Source: a virus
Taxonomy: Duplodnaviria; Caudoviricetes
Length of the DNA stretch: 56,127 nucleotides
Virus record (IMG/VR): IMGVR_UViG_3300017956_005956
Span: 1 to 56,127 of that record
Direction: 5' to 3' (one strand)
In this document: piece by piece, positions 1 through 9,811 of the stretch
How the letters are laid out: the number at the start of each line of letters is the position of its first letter
Numbering within the stretch: position 1 is the first letter of the stretch
Notes under the pieces: model-generated
What the model saw: the letters and a program-made list of their open reading frames with translations, nothing else
Database searches by the model: none
What the model was told of the DNA's origin: nothing
Position numbers and translations under genes: made by a program

Positions 1-2
1 AA

Positions 3-212
3 AAAACAGTTACAACTTGGCACGAACTTATAGTTGGAAATGTTGAAGAAAAATCTAATGCGTTTTTTGTAACCAACCCTTATCTAACTAAAATATTACA
101 CGAAGAATCATTCATTGAAGATATTCCTATTATTATTCGTGTAGATCAATGGCATAGTGCAGACAATTACTCAAAAAAAGATAGAGTGATTGCTGGCTTA
201 TTTATTAATTAG
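3..212 (+). CDS. 3' end of a gene truncated by the window edge; possible cupin/2OG-Fe(II) oxygenase-like C-terminus
   Basis: Open frame from base 3 translates KTVTTWHEL...PYIIRVDQWHSADNYSKKDRVIAGLFIN* (TAG 210-212). The H-x3-N...R pattern resembles the distal His strand of the neighbouring oxygenases. Its stop overlaps the stop of the convergent minus-strand gene. Confidence 0.5.
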   Translation, partial: KTVTTWHELIVGNVEEKSNAFFVTNPYLTKILHEESFIEDIPIIIRVDQWHSADNYSKKDRVIAGLFIN

Positions 213-898
213 CTAAAACTTGGAAATTTATATTTTAATTTTTTCCTTTCTAATAAGTTATATGCATTAACATTCAAAGCTATAAAAAATTGATACACAT
301 TGTCAAACGCATTTCCAGTATGCATTAAACTTGTATCCATTAGATATAATCTTCCAGATTCAATATTATCAATAATTTTGTAACCTTTAGTGGTATCGTT
401 ACCGTTGTAATCATAATAATGTCTTAAATCTTGTTTAGTTGCATCAGATGTTCCCCATAGTCGTAAAATTTTGCTAGGTAACCAAGTATCAACATGTGGC
501 ATAAAATATGCGTCTTTACCCCAGTATAATACACAGGATCGTATCATATATTCTTTTAATTCGTTAATGACATCAAAACAAGAACAATCTAACAATTCTG
601 TAGGAACATTAAAGTCTTGATCACTATACTTACTATTAGGATTAGCATCACACCATTGATCTAAAGGATAACAACATGGTTCTGGATTGTTTCGTAAATC
701 GCCATTTAAATTTGTTAAAGGAATACCAAACCTAGGAACGTGCATATGCTTTTCTCCCCAACGTCTAAATGCTAATCTATAATCTTGTATTTCTTTACCA
801 AACAATTCTATATCTATTTTATAATCTAAAGGAATTATAAATTTTCCTTCGTGTAAAGTATTATATTCCTCTATACTTAAACTATCTTCCTTCTCCAT
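209..898 (-). CDS. Putative 2OG-Fe(II) dioxygenase / double-stranded beta-helix enzyme
   Basis: HxD...H triad pattern: FMPHVDTW ... LYLMDTSLMHTG. ORF track starts at 919; the ATG at 898 is the more likely start. Confidence 0.6.
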   Translation of the reverse strand: MEKEDSLSIEEYNTLHEGKFIIPLDYKIDIELFGKEIQDYRLAFRRWGEKHMHVPRFGIPLTNLNGDLRNNPEPCCYPLDQWCDANPNSKYSDQDFNVPTELLDCSCFDVINELKEYMIRSCVLYWGKDAYFMPHVDTWLPSKILRLWGTSDATKQDLRHYYDYNGNDTTKGYKIIDNIESGRLYLMDTSLMHTGNAFDNVYQFFIALNVNAYNLLERKKLKYKFPSFS

Positions 899-1457
899 AC
901 TCTCTTTCTTTACAAGCACCGCACTCTTTGCAAGGTTTATTTCCTGCTACAGGTTCATCACAAGTAAATGTCAAATTATATAGCTCAACCAAATTATTTT
1001 TTTTATACAAATTCACAATGTCTTTTTTGTCTATGTTTATAAAAGGAGCATATATTGATTTATTATGCATCCACACACTCTTTTTGCCTTTGCTAGACCT
1101 AGGATCATACTTAGGACCATCCCATTGCATATGAGGAGGGTTAGCATTTACCCCAAAACAAGTTACATATCCATTTTTGTATTCATTATACATAATTTCT
1201 AAATATTTTTCATTTTCATTTTTGTCTTCGATATAATTTATAATATGGTCAATATTTAAATTACTAGTTTTGTTAATACACCATTGTATAACATTGTTAA
1301 CAGGACGTAACATATGGTAATTTGTTCTTCTTTCAACAATCGTAAAAATATGTGTCTTTGTGTTTGGTTGCTGACTTAACAAAAAATATAGCAACAAAGA
1401 ACTTTCTACTCCGCCTGAAAACCATATATTCTTTGGTTCATAAAATTTTTTTATCAT
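882..1457 (-). CDS. QueC-like PP-loop ATP pyrophosphatase
   Basis: N-terminal PP-loop WFSGGVESS (SGGxDS variant), APFINIDKKDIV, and C-terminal Zn-type motif TFTC...PCKECGACKERE as in the QueC family. Shorter than canonical QueC and the VPxRN motif is not seen. Confidence 0.7.
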   Translation of the reverse strand: MIKKFYEPKNIWFSGGVESSLLLYFLLSQQPNTKTHIFTIVERRTNYHMLRPVNNVIQWCINKTSNLNIDHIINYIEDKNENEKYLEIMYNEYKNGYVTCFGVNANPPHMQWDGPKYDPRSSKGKKSVWMHNKSIYAPFINIDKKDIVNLYKKNNLVELYNLTFTCDEPVAGNKPCKECGACKEREYGEGR

Positions 1458-1972
1458 TAATTATTTATATCTGTACAGCCTACCATATGAACCCTAGGGC
1501 TATGGTAAGCATTTACAAATGTATGTAATTTTGTTGTATCAACTAAATAAACTTTTCCTTCTTCTAAATGATAATGTTTTTTGTAGTCAGGAAAATAAAA
1601 AAAACAATTTTCATTTGTAAAAATTGGTATGTGCAGTCGTTTAGTCATATCTTTATGTAATTTGTAACAGGTTTTATACTCTAATCGCAGAATCCTTGTC
1701 CGATACAAATTAAAATGTTTTATAATACCTACAAATTCACTATTTACAAATTTTTCATGTAACTCAGCAAAATCCTTTTCACATGTATTATTATCATATT
1801 CTGTTAAAGATTCTAAACCGTCATAAAGCGCCCATGGATTGCACGTACCTTTCCTATGCTGTACAGAAAATCCTCCAAATCTGAATGAAATAGATTTATG
1901 AATATTAGCTTCAGTGAGTTTTTGCAACTCATGCAAATTTACATCAAAATCTAATTGCTCAACTAATTCCAT
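1457..1972 (-). CDS. Aspartyl/asparaginyl beta-hydroxylase-like 2OG-Fe(II) oxygenase
   Basis: RTRILRL...CYKLHKD...RLHIPIFTN...VDTTKLHTFVN...RVHMVG: HxD...H triad with the R-x-H-I-P and H-x3-N-x4-R-x-H motifs typical of this family. Confidence 0.75.
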   Translation of the reverse strand: MELVEQLDFDVNLHELQKLTEANIHKSISFRFGGFSVQHRKGTCNPWALYDGLESLTEYDNNTCEKDFAELHEKFVNSEFVGIIKHFNLYRTRILRLEYKTCYKLHKDMTKRLHIPIFTNENCFFYFPDYKKHYHLEEGKVYLVDTTKLHTFVNAYHSPRVHMVGCTDINN

Positions 1973-3080
1973 TTAGCCTCATTTTAGGAATTTTACTATC
2001 AGCACTTGAAACACAACTGTCGGTAATACAAATTCCTGGTTTATCAAATAATTTAAATCCAGTTTCAATATTTCCTAAAGGAACATCATGGCAGCTATAA
2101 CTTCTCTTTACGCTTCCGTCAGGTTCCCTAATTATTATACCTTGAAACCCTGCATTACAGCTCCATCCTTTAAACTTATTAAAATTAAAAGCATTAAATC
2201 TTTCTGCTTGATCCATATACCATTTTTTTCCATCTTTATCAGTAAATTCTACTTGCATATGCCATGGAACACCTGCATCATTCTTACCCATTATTCCAGG
2301 ATTAATATCGTATGATGGCTTTGGTCGATCTTGCCACTTACGCTTAGATTCTGTGTAGGCACGCTGCGGCATTCCATTCCATAATTTTTTTAATTGTTCA
2401 TCTGTATACCCATCAACAACACGACTAGCAGTAGGATCGCTCTGTGGTTTTAGTGTTACATTTATTCCTTGTTCATGAAAAAATAACGCATTTTCCCAAT
2501 CTCTATCAAACCATTCTGGCACCATTACTTGATTAATTGTAATTTGTACATCGTTTTCTTGACAAAGTATTAGCTTATCTGCAAATTCTTGCATTTGTTC
2601 TTTTGTGCATACATGTTCAGTATGCAAACTTGCAGTAATACTTGCCCTATGGAATGGTTTTACATATTCAACGTACTGTTTAAACCATTCCATTGATCTA
2701 GAACAATTACTAGTCATGTGTATGCTTGTATAATTTGTATTAGGCACATCATCTGCGAGATATTTTAAAATATCTAAATATCCTGGATGGAATGTAGGTT
2801 CACCACCAGACAAACTAAAATGGAAACTATTAAATCCATTATTCCTAGCCTGCTTCTTTATTTCATCTATAGTTAATAGACATAATTTTGTAGGCCTGTG
2901 ATCTTTTGTATTTGATCTTGCATATGGCCAACAATAAGAACAGCGATAATTACAATACCTACCCAATAGCCACGAAACTGTAAAAAGATCTCTATATAGT
3001 AATGTTCTTTGTCCAACTTGAACTAAGTTATTAAATGGTATTTTAGTAAAATCATAGTTGGACCATTTTAAATCATTCAT
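1959..3080 (-). CDS. Radical SAM protein with C-terminal Cys-containing extension
   Basis: CNYRCSYC (CX3CX2C), SLSGGEPT, C-terminal WSCNAG...SYSC...CITDSC. Confidence 0.9.
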   Translation of the reverse strand: MNDLKWSNYDFTKIPFNNLVQVGQRTLLYRDLFTVSWLLGRYCNYRCSYCWPYARSNTKDHRPTKLCLLTIDEIKKQARNNGFNSFHFSLSGGEPTFHPGYLDILKYLADDVPNTNYTSIHMTSNCSRSMEWFKQYVEYVKPFHRASITASLHTEHVCTKEQMQEFADKLILCQENDVQITINQVMVPEWFDRDWENALFFHEQGINVTLKPQSDPTASRVVDGYTDEQLKKLWNGMPQRAYTESKRKWQDRPKPSYDINPGIMGKNDAGVPWHMQVEFTDKDGKKWYMDQAERFNAFNFNKFKGWSCNAGFQGIIIREPDGSVKRSYSCHDVPLGNIETGFKLFDKPGICITDSCVSSADSKIPKMRLNGIS

Positions 3081-4561
3081 TCTAAGTATTTTTTAAATTT
3101 AGGCGATAAGTCTAACAAATTTGTTTCTTTAACTTTATCATAGGCTATTGTTTGCCTTTTAAAAATATCTAATAATTCTTTTCTTGTTGGCAAAGGATAA
3201 TCATCTAGTATGGGCCATTTTGTTCTATCCGTTGTTCCGGTATGTTTTATAAGTAGTTCTTTTGCTGCTGCATTTGCTGGTACTCTTGGATTATTATTAT
3301 ATCTCCAAAAACCTTCGCCTAGCGGAACATCTAACAAAACTTCAAATGGTTGTATTAATTTTTTATATGCATGTTTACTTTTCCTATTTAATTCATACCA
3401 CGGTTTTGCCTTAGGATCATGCTTATCTATTTTATAAAACTTTTTTATTTTATTTAATTCATTCCTAAACCATTCTTTATCATCGTCGTCTAGTAATGAT
3501 GGGCAAAGCCAATCTTTATTTCGTATTCGCATTACATTACACGGTCCGCTATTTCCTACATTATAATAATTATGCTGCCAGTCCTCTATAAACCAAGGTA
3601 ACCATTGATCTACAGTTAATGCATTATACATTTGAAAGACTAAATTAATGCCAATATACGATTCAGTTGGAACATTTCGTATTTGTTCTAAATTTGTTCT
3701 ACATTTTTCCCAATCGGCTGGATCTCTGATATATTCAAAAGTTTTACCAGTTCCTTCTAAAGAAATTGTTAAACTAATTTTTTTAAATTTAGATAATAAA
3801 TCAAAATATCTATCTGTAAGAGTAGCATTTGTAGTCATGTTTAATGTTACTTCTTTTGCTTTTCCGGAATCAACTAAAAATTTTAAAATTTTAACAACAC
3901 CTTTGTCGGCTAACGGTTCACCTCCTAATAATTTTATATATTTGACATGGGTTAAATCTAATCCTTCTTCTATAATTTTACTAGTCTTTTCTCCGTCGTA
4001 TGCAGGGTAGCTAGATGTTCCAAAAAATTCCATTAATTCTGGATTTTTTTCTACATCGTCATTGATTTTTGAACTGTTAACTGTTGTACACATCCTACAT
4101 GTCAAATTACATAAATTACTAGGTCGCAAATCTAAATCATATGGAGTTTCTAAATTATTGCCTTTAACTACATCTAATTCCTTATAATTATCTTTTAACC
4201 AATCATAATTCCTTTGCAGATGTGTAAATCTATCACTACGCATGCCTCTTTTTTCTCTATCTTGACATGTTTCACAACCCTTTGTAGGCCATTCATTTTT
4301 TAAAAAACTTTCTCTAATTTTTTGCCATTTATCACCCTCCCAAATTCTTTTAAGTTCTTGATTAAAATACTTAGGATTTTTAAAAAGTTCATCTTTATTT
4401 AAAGTTTCATAATCAGAAAAGACGCAGCAAGGTCTAACTTTACCATCAGAAAAATTACTGTACAAAGATGTAAACGGAACTGGACAAAAATTATATTCTT
4501 TAAGTTTTTCTGGATTTTTATCAAAATCAATCCATTCTTCTAAATCTTTAATATTTTTCAT
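3077..4561 (-). CDS. Radical SAM protein with N-terminal twitch/SPASM-like domain
   Basis: FCPVPF...VRPCC...CETC at the N-terminus, CNLTCRMC, LLGGEPL, TTNAT. Start placed at ATG 4561 (ATGA overlap with the upstream stop); ORF track start is 4600. Confidence 0.9.
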   Translation of the reverse strand: MKNIKDLEEWIDFDKNPEKLKEYNFCPVPFTSLYSNFSDGKVRPCCVFSDYETLNKDELFKNPKYFNQELKRIWEGDKWQKIRESFLKNEWPTKGCETCQDREKRGMRSDRFTHLQRNYDWLKDNYKELDVVKGNNLETPYDLDLRPSNLCNLTCRMCTTVNSSKINDDVEKNPELMEFFGTSSYPAYDGEKTSKIIEEGLDLTHVKYIKLLGGEPLADKGVVKILKFLVDSGKAKEVTLNMTTNATLTDRYFDLLSKFKKISLTISLEGTGKTFEYIRDPADWEKCRTNLEQIRNVPTESYIGINLVFQMYNALTVDQWLPWFIEDWQHNYYNVGNSGPCNVMRIRNKDWLCPSLLDDDDKEWFRNELNKIKKFYKIDKHDPKAKPWYELNRKSKHAYKKLIQPFEVLLDVPLGEGFWRYNNNPRVPANAAAKELLIKHTGTTDRTKWPILDDYPLPTRKELLDIFKRQTIAYDKVKETNLLDLSPKFKKYLE

Positions 4562-5661
4562 AGGTCTATAGTATTCCTTATTATTGTATGTTCGCCACAC
4601 CTACGTGTACATTCTTTTAATCTTTTATTTGTTTTAGATGTAAAATTATTATTAAAACTTTCTTCTAAATCATTTTTAAAAAACGGATGAGAAATAATTT
4701 CTTCTAGTGTGTAATAATTTAAATTATTCCAATTTTTATCATATCTACATCCAAATTTATCAACCCATTCATTCCATTTTTTACTATCGCCAAATTCAAC
4801 ATACGCACCCGAATGATGACAACACATATAAACTAAGCCATCAAAAGACAAATACATTTTTTGTTTTTTATACCATTCGCATTCAACTGCCCCATTGCTG
4901 TAATACTGATTAATGTCGCCATTATATTTGGTATCTACTAATTTTTCTAAATTAGACAATCCTTCTTTTGCCATATTTTCAAATACAGGAACAACTTTTT
5001 TATCTACATTTTTTTCATAAAGTTTTAATATCTCAACATTTAATCTTTTTGTTTTTATAAAAATTTTTTTAAATCCTAACTCTTTTGAAATTTCTTTAGC
5101 TTTTTCTACTAAATGATGGTTATGCTGAAAACTTAGATATTGCCAATGTGCATTTCCGCCTGCATTAATAAATGCTTTTGCATTTTCTATAACACGGTCA
5201 TAAACTACATTCTTTCTATATATTTCATGAGATTCATTATCTATTCCATCAATTCCAAATTCTACATAGCTATCCTTACGAAAATTATTTTTTAAATATG
5301 TTCCTAATTTACTCCACCAACTAATGTTTCTTATACCCCCATTAGTATGAATTTGTATTTGAATTTTTTCTTCTCTATTTACAGTACTGCTAATTAAATA
5401 ATCTAACAAATTAAAAAAATTAGGATATAAAATAGGATCTCCGAAATTTCCATTAAATTGTATTGTTTTAATTCCTTGCAAAACTTTATCATTAAAAAAT
5501 TTTTTAAAAATTTTTTCTGCCAAAATACCTTTTGGTCCTACAGGTAATAATGGATTTACTGTTTCGCCTTTATCATTTCTGGCACACTGCAAACACATAG
5601 AATTACAATTACTTGTAACTTCAACCATTACAGTGCTTAAATTAGATATATCTATTATCAT
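4558..5661 (-). CDS. Radical SAM protein with C-terminal SPASM/twitch-like domain
   Basis: CNSMCLQC, GNFGDP, HTNGG, FGIDG; C-terminal VECEW...MCCH...CTRRCG. Confidence 0.9.
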   Translation of the reverse strand: MIIDISNLSTVMVEVTSNCNSMCLQCARNDKGETVNPLLPVGPKGILAEKIFKKFFNDKVLQGIKTIQFNGNFGDPILYPNFFNLLDYLISSTVNREEKIQIQIHTNGGIRNISWWSKLGTYLKNNFRKDSYVEFGIDGIDNESHEIYRKNVVYDRVIENAKAFINAGGNAHWQYLSFQHNHHLVEKAKEISKELGFKKIFIKTKRLNVEILKLYEKNVDKKVVPVFENMAKEGLSNLEKLVDTKYNGDINQYYSNGAVECEWYKKQKMYLSFDGLVYMCCHHSGAYVEFGDSKKWNEWVDKFGCRYDKNWNNLNYYTLEEIISHPFFKNDLEESFNNNFTSKTNKRLKECTRRCGEHTIIRNTIDL

Positions 5662-7058
5662 TCTAAATATTTTACTAATTGTGGTACAAGTTTACGAATA
5701 TCGGTTCCTCTAATTTTATCAAGAAGTAAAGTCTTTTCTTTAAATTCGATTAAATTCTGATTTTTATTTTGTGATCTAAATTTTTTATTTAAATCTGTTT
5801 CAATGGGATAAGAATTATCTATCTCTACTTTAAATTCATCTTCGATACTGTTAAACGGCCATTGATGCTCGGTCGGAATGTTATTTTCATAAACAAACTC
5901 TTTCCATTGACTACGAATAAAATCTTTATCCTTGTCATCAAGCATACTAATACTCATATACCTAGGTTCAACAAGCCTATGAGGATGAGTAAAATTTGTT
6001 TTTATTTTACGTGGATCATTTTTATATTGATATGCAATATCATATGTAAACTTCATCCACTCTTTTATTTGGAATATATTATACATAGACAACACAGAAT
6101 TAAATCCAAACCCTATTGTATTATCCATTTTTATTAATCTATGGACAATATCAACAGTTTCGCTCCATTTTGTTCCATATCTCACATATTCTGCAAGATC
6201 TCCGACTGCGTCTATACTTAATCTCCATTCTATTCCTGCAAAATGTTGTAACACATCTTGCATTCTTGTAGGTAACTGACTACAATTTGTGATAATTTTT
6301 AAATATGTATCTTTAGCAGTATTACTTTCAACAAATTTTTGGAAAATTCTATAAACATTTTTATCAATTAAAGATTCGCCTCCGCTTATTTTAAGCCATT
6401 TTACTCCGCTTAAATCAAATGTTTTATATATATTATATTCATCCGAATCCCAGTCTGGCGGCTGACGTAAAACATTTCCACTACGACTTTCTTGGTCAAA
6501 ATAAGAACCTTGCAGTTCTGGATTTTGATCTATTTCTTTTTGCCACTGATTACTCCAAATGCTTGAACAAGTCATGCATTTAAAATTACAAGTATTTCCT
6601 GGTCGTAAATCTACATCAATAGGTTTTTTAAAATCCTTTGTGCCTTCATTAACATCCCAAGTAAGATTTCCTAATTCTTTATCTTTAAAATGATGTATAT
6701 ACTTATGGATGTACCCAATTCTAACACTATCAAACCAATTTTGGTTTTCTTCTGCAACTTTACAATAGTTACATGCTTTTGGCCACTTACCTTCTAAAAA
6801 ATCTTTTCTAATATCAACAAGTGTTTCACCTGTTCCTGGATAATGATTCCATGCTTCTAAATTACCATTCCAAAAATCTTGCTGTATTTCGGATAATTGC
6901 TTTCCGTCTTCTAATGGTTTTTTTAATCTACTAACTGCAGGAGTCATACAACAAGGCCGCAATGCCTTGTTATTCAAATTAATGTAGGCATTTAAAAAAG
7001 GTGCAGGGCAAAATATTTTGTTTTTCCATTCTTTTGCTACTTCTTCAATGTTAGCCAT
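5658..7058 (-). CDS. Radical SAM protein with N-terminal twitch/SPASM-like domain
   Basis: FCPAPF...RPCC...CNYC, CNFKCMTC, ISGGESL, LSIDA. Confidence 0.9.
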   Translation of the reverse strand: MANIEEVAKEWKNKIFCPAPFLNAYINLNNKALRPCCMTPAVSRLKKPLEDGKQLSEIQQDFWNGNLEAWNHYPGTGETLVDIRKDFLEGKWPKACNYCKVAEENQNWFDSVRIGYIHKYIHHFKDKELGNLTWDVNEGTKDFKKPIDVDLRPGNTCNFKCMTCSSIWSNQWQKEIDQNPELQGSYFDQESRSGNVLRQPPDWDSDEYNIYKTFDLSGVKWLKISGGESLIDKNVYRIFQKFVESNTAKDTYLKIITNCSQLPTRMQDVLQHFAGIEWRLSIDAVGDLAEYVRYGTKWSETVDIVHRLIKMDNTIGFGFNSVLSMYNIFQIKEWMKFTYDIAYQYKNDPRKIKTNFTHPHRLVEPRYMSISMLDDKDKDFIRSQWKEFVYENNIPTEHQWPFNSIEDEFKVEIDNSYPIETDLNKKFRSQNKNQNLIEFKEKTLLLDKIRGTDIRKLVPQLVKYLE

Positions 7059-8241
7059 TTATATACCTTACTATATCTTTATGTAAAACTTTATATGTTT
7101 GCTGCCGATATTTATCTAAAATTGCAGTTGATCTTTTTAGAGCTGATAACTTAGACTCGTCTGTTTCTTTACAAATATCTAAATACTTTCTAAAATCATT
7201 TACTAAACTCTTTTCTCTTGTAATTTCTTTTTCAAATTTAGAAAAAGCAGAAAATACTAAATCATATGGTAAGTATTTAATATTATATTCACTATCCAAA
7301 GGTCTAACAAAATAGTCTATAAAAAAGCTGAATTGATGCGGATTATGCCTATAATATTGTATTTTTAAATCATTACACCATTGCCATAATTCTCCTACAT
7401 TAAAAACATTGTAAACTTGTCCTAAACAACTTACACCTATATTAATATGTTCATATGAAGCACAAAACTTTACTAAATTTTGTATTCTTTTTTCTAAAAT
7501 TTTCCACTTATAAGGAAATCTTATATAATCATATGTATTACCAATTCCATCAACACTAATTCTAATTTTAACTTTTTTAAATTTAACAATTTTATCTAAT
7601 AAAGCATCATTAAATTTTGTTCCATTAGTTGTAAAATCTAAAACAATATTTTTACATTTTCCTGATTCAACAAAATAATTGACTAAATCTAACCATCTTG
7701 TCTGCATAGTAGGTTCGCCTCCTGTTGTTTTAAATTTATAAAGATCCAACAACTTTAATTGGTTGTCAATGTCAATTGGTAATCTTGCTTTATCGTCTTC
7801 CCATAAAGACATTCCTTTCCAATGATCTGGTAACTCGCTTCCTAAAGATTTTATTGTTTCATTAATTTTATTACTACTAGTTGTGCTACACATTCTACAT
7901 TCTAAATTACATTCATTAGAAAATTTTAAGTCTACACTTTTCACTCTTGGCTTGTCTACAAAATTATCTACAAAAACTTTAAATGTTTCATTATAAGCCT
8001 GACGCTGACTACGCATTCCTTTTTCTTCTGTTATTTTACAAATATTACATTGCGAAGGCCAATTTCCTTGCCTAAATTGATCTCTTATATCTTCCATTAT
8101 GCTAGACTTCATCATATCTTCCATAGATATGTCTTTTGCATCAAGATTTAAAGGCGTATCTGAATGACAACAAAGTTTATACTTATGGTTTGGATTTATT
8201 GTTAAATGCATCCAAGGTAACACACAAAAATTATTTTTCAT
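7051..8241 (-). CDS. Radical SAM protein with N-terminal twitch/SPASM-like domain
   Basis: FCVLPW...KLCC...CNIC, CNLECRMC, TGGEPT, TTNGT, ISVDG. Confidence 0.9.
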   Translation of the reverse strand: MKNNFCVLPWMHLTINPNHKYKLCCHSDTPLNLDAKDISMEDMMKSSIMEDIRDQFRQGNWPSQCNICKITEEKGMRSQRQAYNETFKVFVDNFVDKPRVKSVDLKFSNECNLECRMCSTTSSNKINETIKSLGSELPDHWKGMSLWEDDKARLPIDIDNQLKLLDLYKFKTTGGEPTMQTRWLDLVNYFVESGKCKNIVLDFTTNGTKFNDALLDKIVKFKKVKIRISVDGIGNTYDYIRFPYKWKILEKRIQNLVKFCASYEHINIGVSCLGQVYNVFNVGELWQWCNDLKIQYYRHNPHQFSFFIDYFVRPLDSEYNIKYLPYDLVFSAFSKFEKEITREKSLVNDFRKYLDICKETDESKLSALKRSTAILDKYRQQTYKVLHKDIVRYING

Positions 8242-9811
8242 TATTTTTTTCTAAAAACTCATCTAAATCTAAATTAGTTAGAAATCCACTTGATTGGGTA
8301 AATAACATTCTATTTTTCCATTTACAATACGGATCATAAAAATGCACTGAGGGAATAACTCCAAAAGTTACATGTTTTGCTTTAATAAAATCTGCATAAT
8401 TTTCTTTAAATCTTTTATATAAATTATAATCTGTGTCTTCAAATAAATTTTTACTTTCGTTTCTTAATGATGAAAAATAATTTTTTGTATTATATAATAA
8501 TCTACTTGTAAAAATATTTGAAATCCATAAAAAAACAGTATCATTCTGAGATAAAAAATTAATATTTTCTACTGCTTCTTTTGAAGAAATATCAAAATTT
8601 ATAAATTTAATCTTATTATCAAAAAACCTTTTCCTTATTTTATCATAAATTTCTTGAAAACTATCAATATTATTCCAATTTTGCAATTCCTTTTTCCATA
8701 AATTAGCCTGATCTTGCCAAAAACTATTAGAATTTAATTTATCTTTAAAATTCGTTTTATTAGATTTAATGTCTTTAGTGGGCAATATACTTTCAAAATT
8801 AGATAACATTCCTATAGAAAACTCATCTTTAAAATGAGTTTTTAAAAATTTTTCAAAAGACTCATGTTTAGGACCAGGCCATTTTGATAGCAAGAAAAAT
8901 TTGAAAAACAAAGATGTTGAATTTATATCAAAAAATATTATTTCTCCATTTTGATAACTCATTTCTTTTAATATCCAAAAAGAAAAAAAGCCAGATGAAA
9001 CTAAAAAATATTTTTGAAATGCTATTTCATTGCTAATTTGATTTAAACTTAGGTGCCTATTTATCATTTTACCATTTTTGCAATAATATCCTGATCTTTC
9101 GCCTATATCGTTAATTAAAATTTCATTATTAATATATGATTCGGTATTATAAACATATACATGCCTTCCAAAACCATTTAACCATTCGTCTCCAAATTTT
9201 GTTTTATTCCAATTTCTATATATATATGGATTTGTTTTTGCTTTATCAAAATAGGCATCTATAGATTTTGAAATACAAAAATCATTAACATTATTTTCAT
9301 AATATTTTACTTCGCATAATCTTAAAAAAGATTTTCTATCTAATCTGTCTTTAAAAAAATCAACTTTTTCTAATATCTTTTTAATATTTAATACTGCAAA
9401 ATTAAATTCATCACTATCTGCCAAAATATCAGCGTCATTATTCACTGCATCTTTTATTCTATCTTTTATAAAATTCAAACTAGGAGTTACACCAACTTTA
9501 ATATAACAAAAATATGTTTCGTCTAATATTACTCTGTGCTTATATAAACTAATTATACTATGCTTTACACTTAAATAAAATGAATTAACTAAACTATCAA
9601 TATAAAATTTATAAGTTCCTTCACGCGGTCTTATATACCAGCCTATTTTTTGTGCAAAATACTCTTTGCTTAATTCAAGTAAATCATTAAAACTATTATC
9701 ATCAAAACCATCATTTTCATATCTATTAGGATCTAAACAATAAAATGTTTTATTTTTATATATCGCATCATAATTAACTTTATTCTCCAAAATAATTAAC
9801 TCCTTTATCAA
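8231..9811 (-). CDS. Hypothetical protein, paralogue 3 of a tandem triplet (possible SAM-binding Rossmann-like C-terminal half)
   Basis: Shares YVYNTE, VSSGFF, FFDIN, WPGPK and FLWISNIF with the two upstream ORFs. True start may be TTG at 9790, after AAGGAG. Confidence 0.7.
   Translation of the reverse strand: MIKELIILENKVNYDAIYKNKTFYCLDPNRYENDGFDDNSFNDLLELSKEYFAQKIGWYIRPREGTYKFYIDSLVNSFYLSVKHSIISLYKHRVILDETYFCYIKVGVTPSLNFIKDRIKDAVNNDADILADSDEFNFAVLNIKKILEKVDFFKDRLDRKSFLRLCEVKYYENNVNDFCISKSIDAYFDKAKTNPYIYRNWNKTKFGDEWLNGFGRHVYVYNTESYINNEILINDIGERSGYYCKNGKMINRHLSLNQISNEIAFQKYFLVSSGFFSFWILKEMSYQNGEIIFFDINSTSLFFKFFLLSKWPGPKHESFEKFLKTHFKDEFSIGMLSNFESILPTKDIKSNKTNFKDKLNSNSFWQDQANLWKKELQNWNNIDSFQEIYDKIRKRFFDNKIKFINFDISSKEAVENINFLSQNDTVFLWISNIFTSRLLYNTKNYFSSLRNESKNLFEDTDYNLYKRFKENYADFIKAKHVTFGVIPSVHFYDPYCKWKNRMLFTQSSGFLTNLDLDEFLEKNNEK

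Noticed and set aside
882-3080. Canonical 7-deazaguanine DNA modification cluster (queC plus queE)
   Set aside because: The nearby radical SAM protein is much longer than QueE and has an extra Cys-rich tail; no folE, queD or dpdA-like gene is visible in the window. It cannot be excluded elsewhere in the genome.
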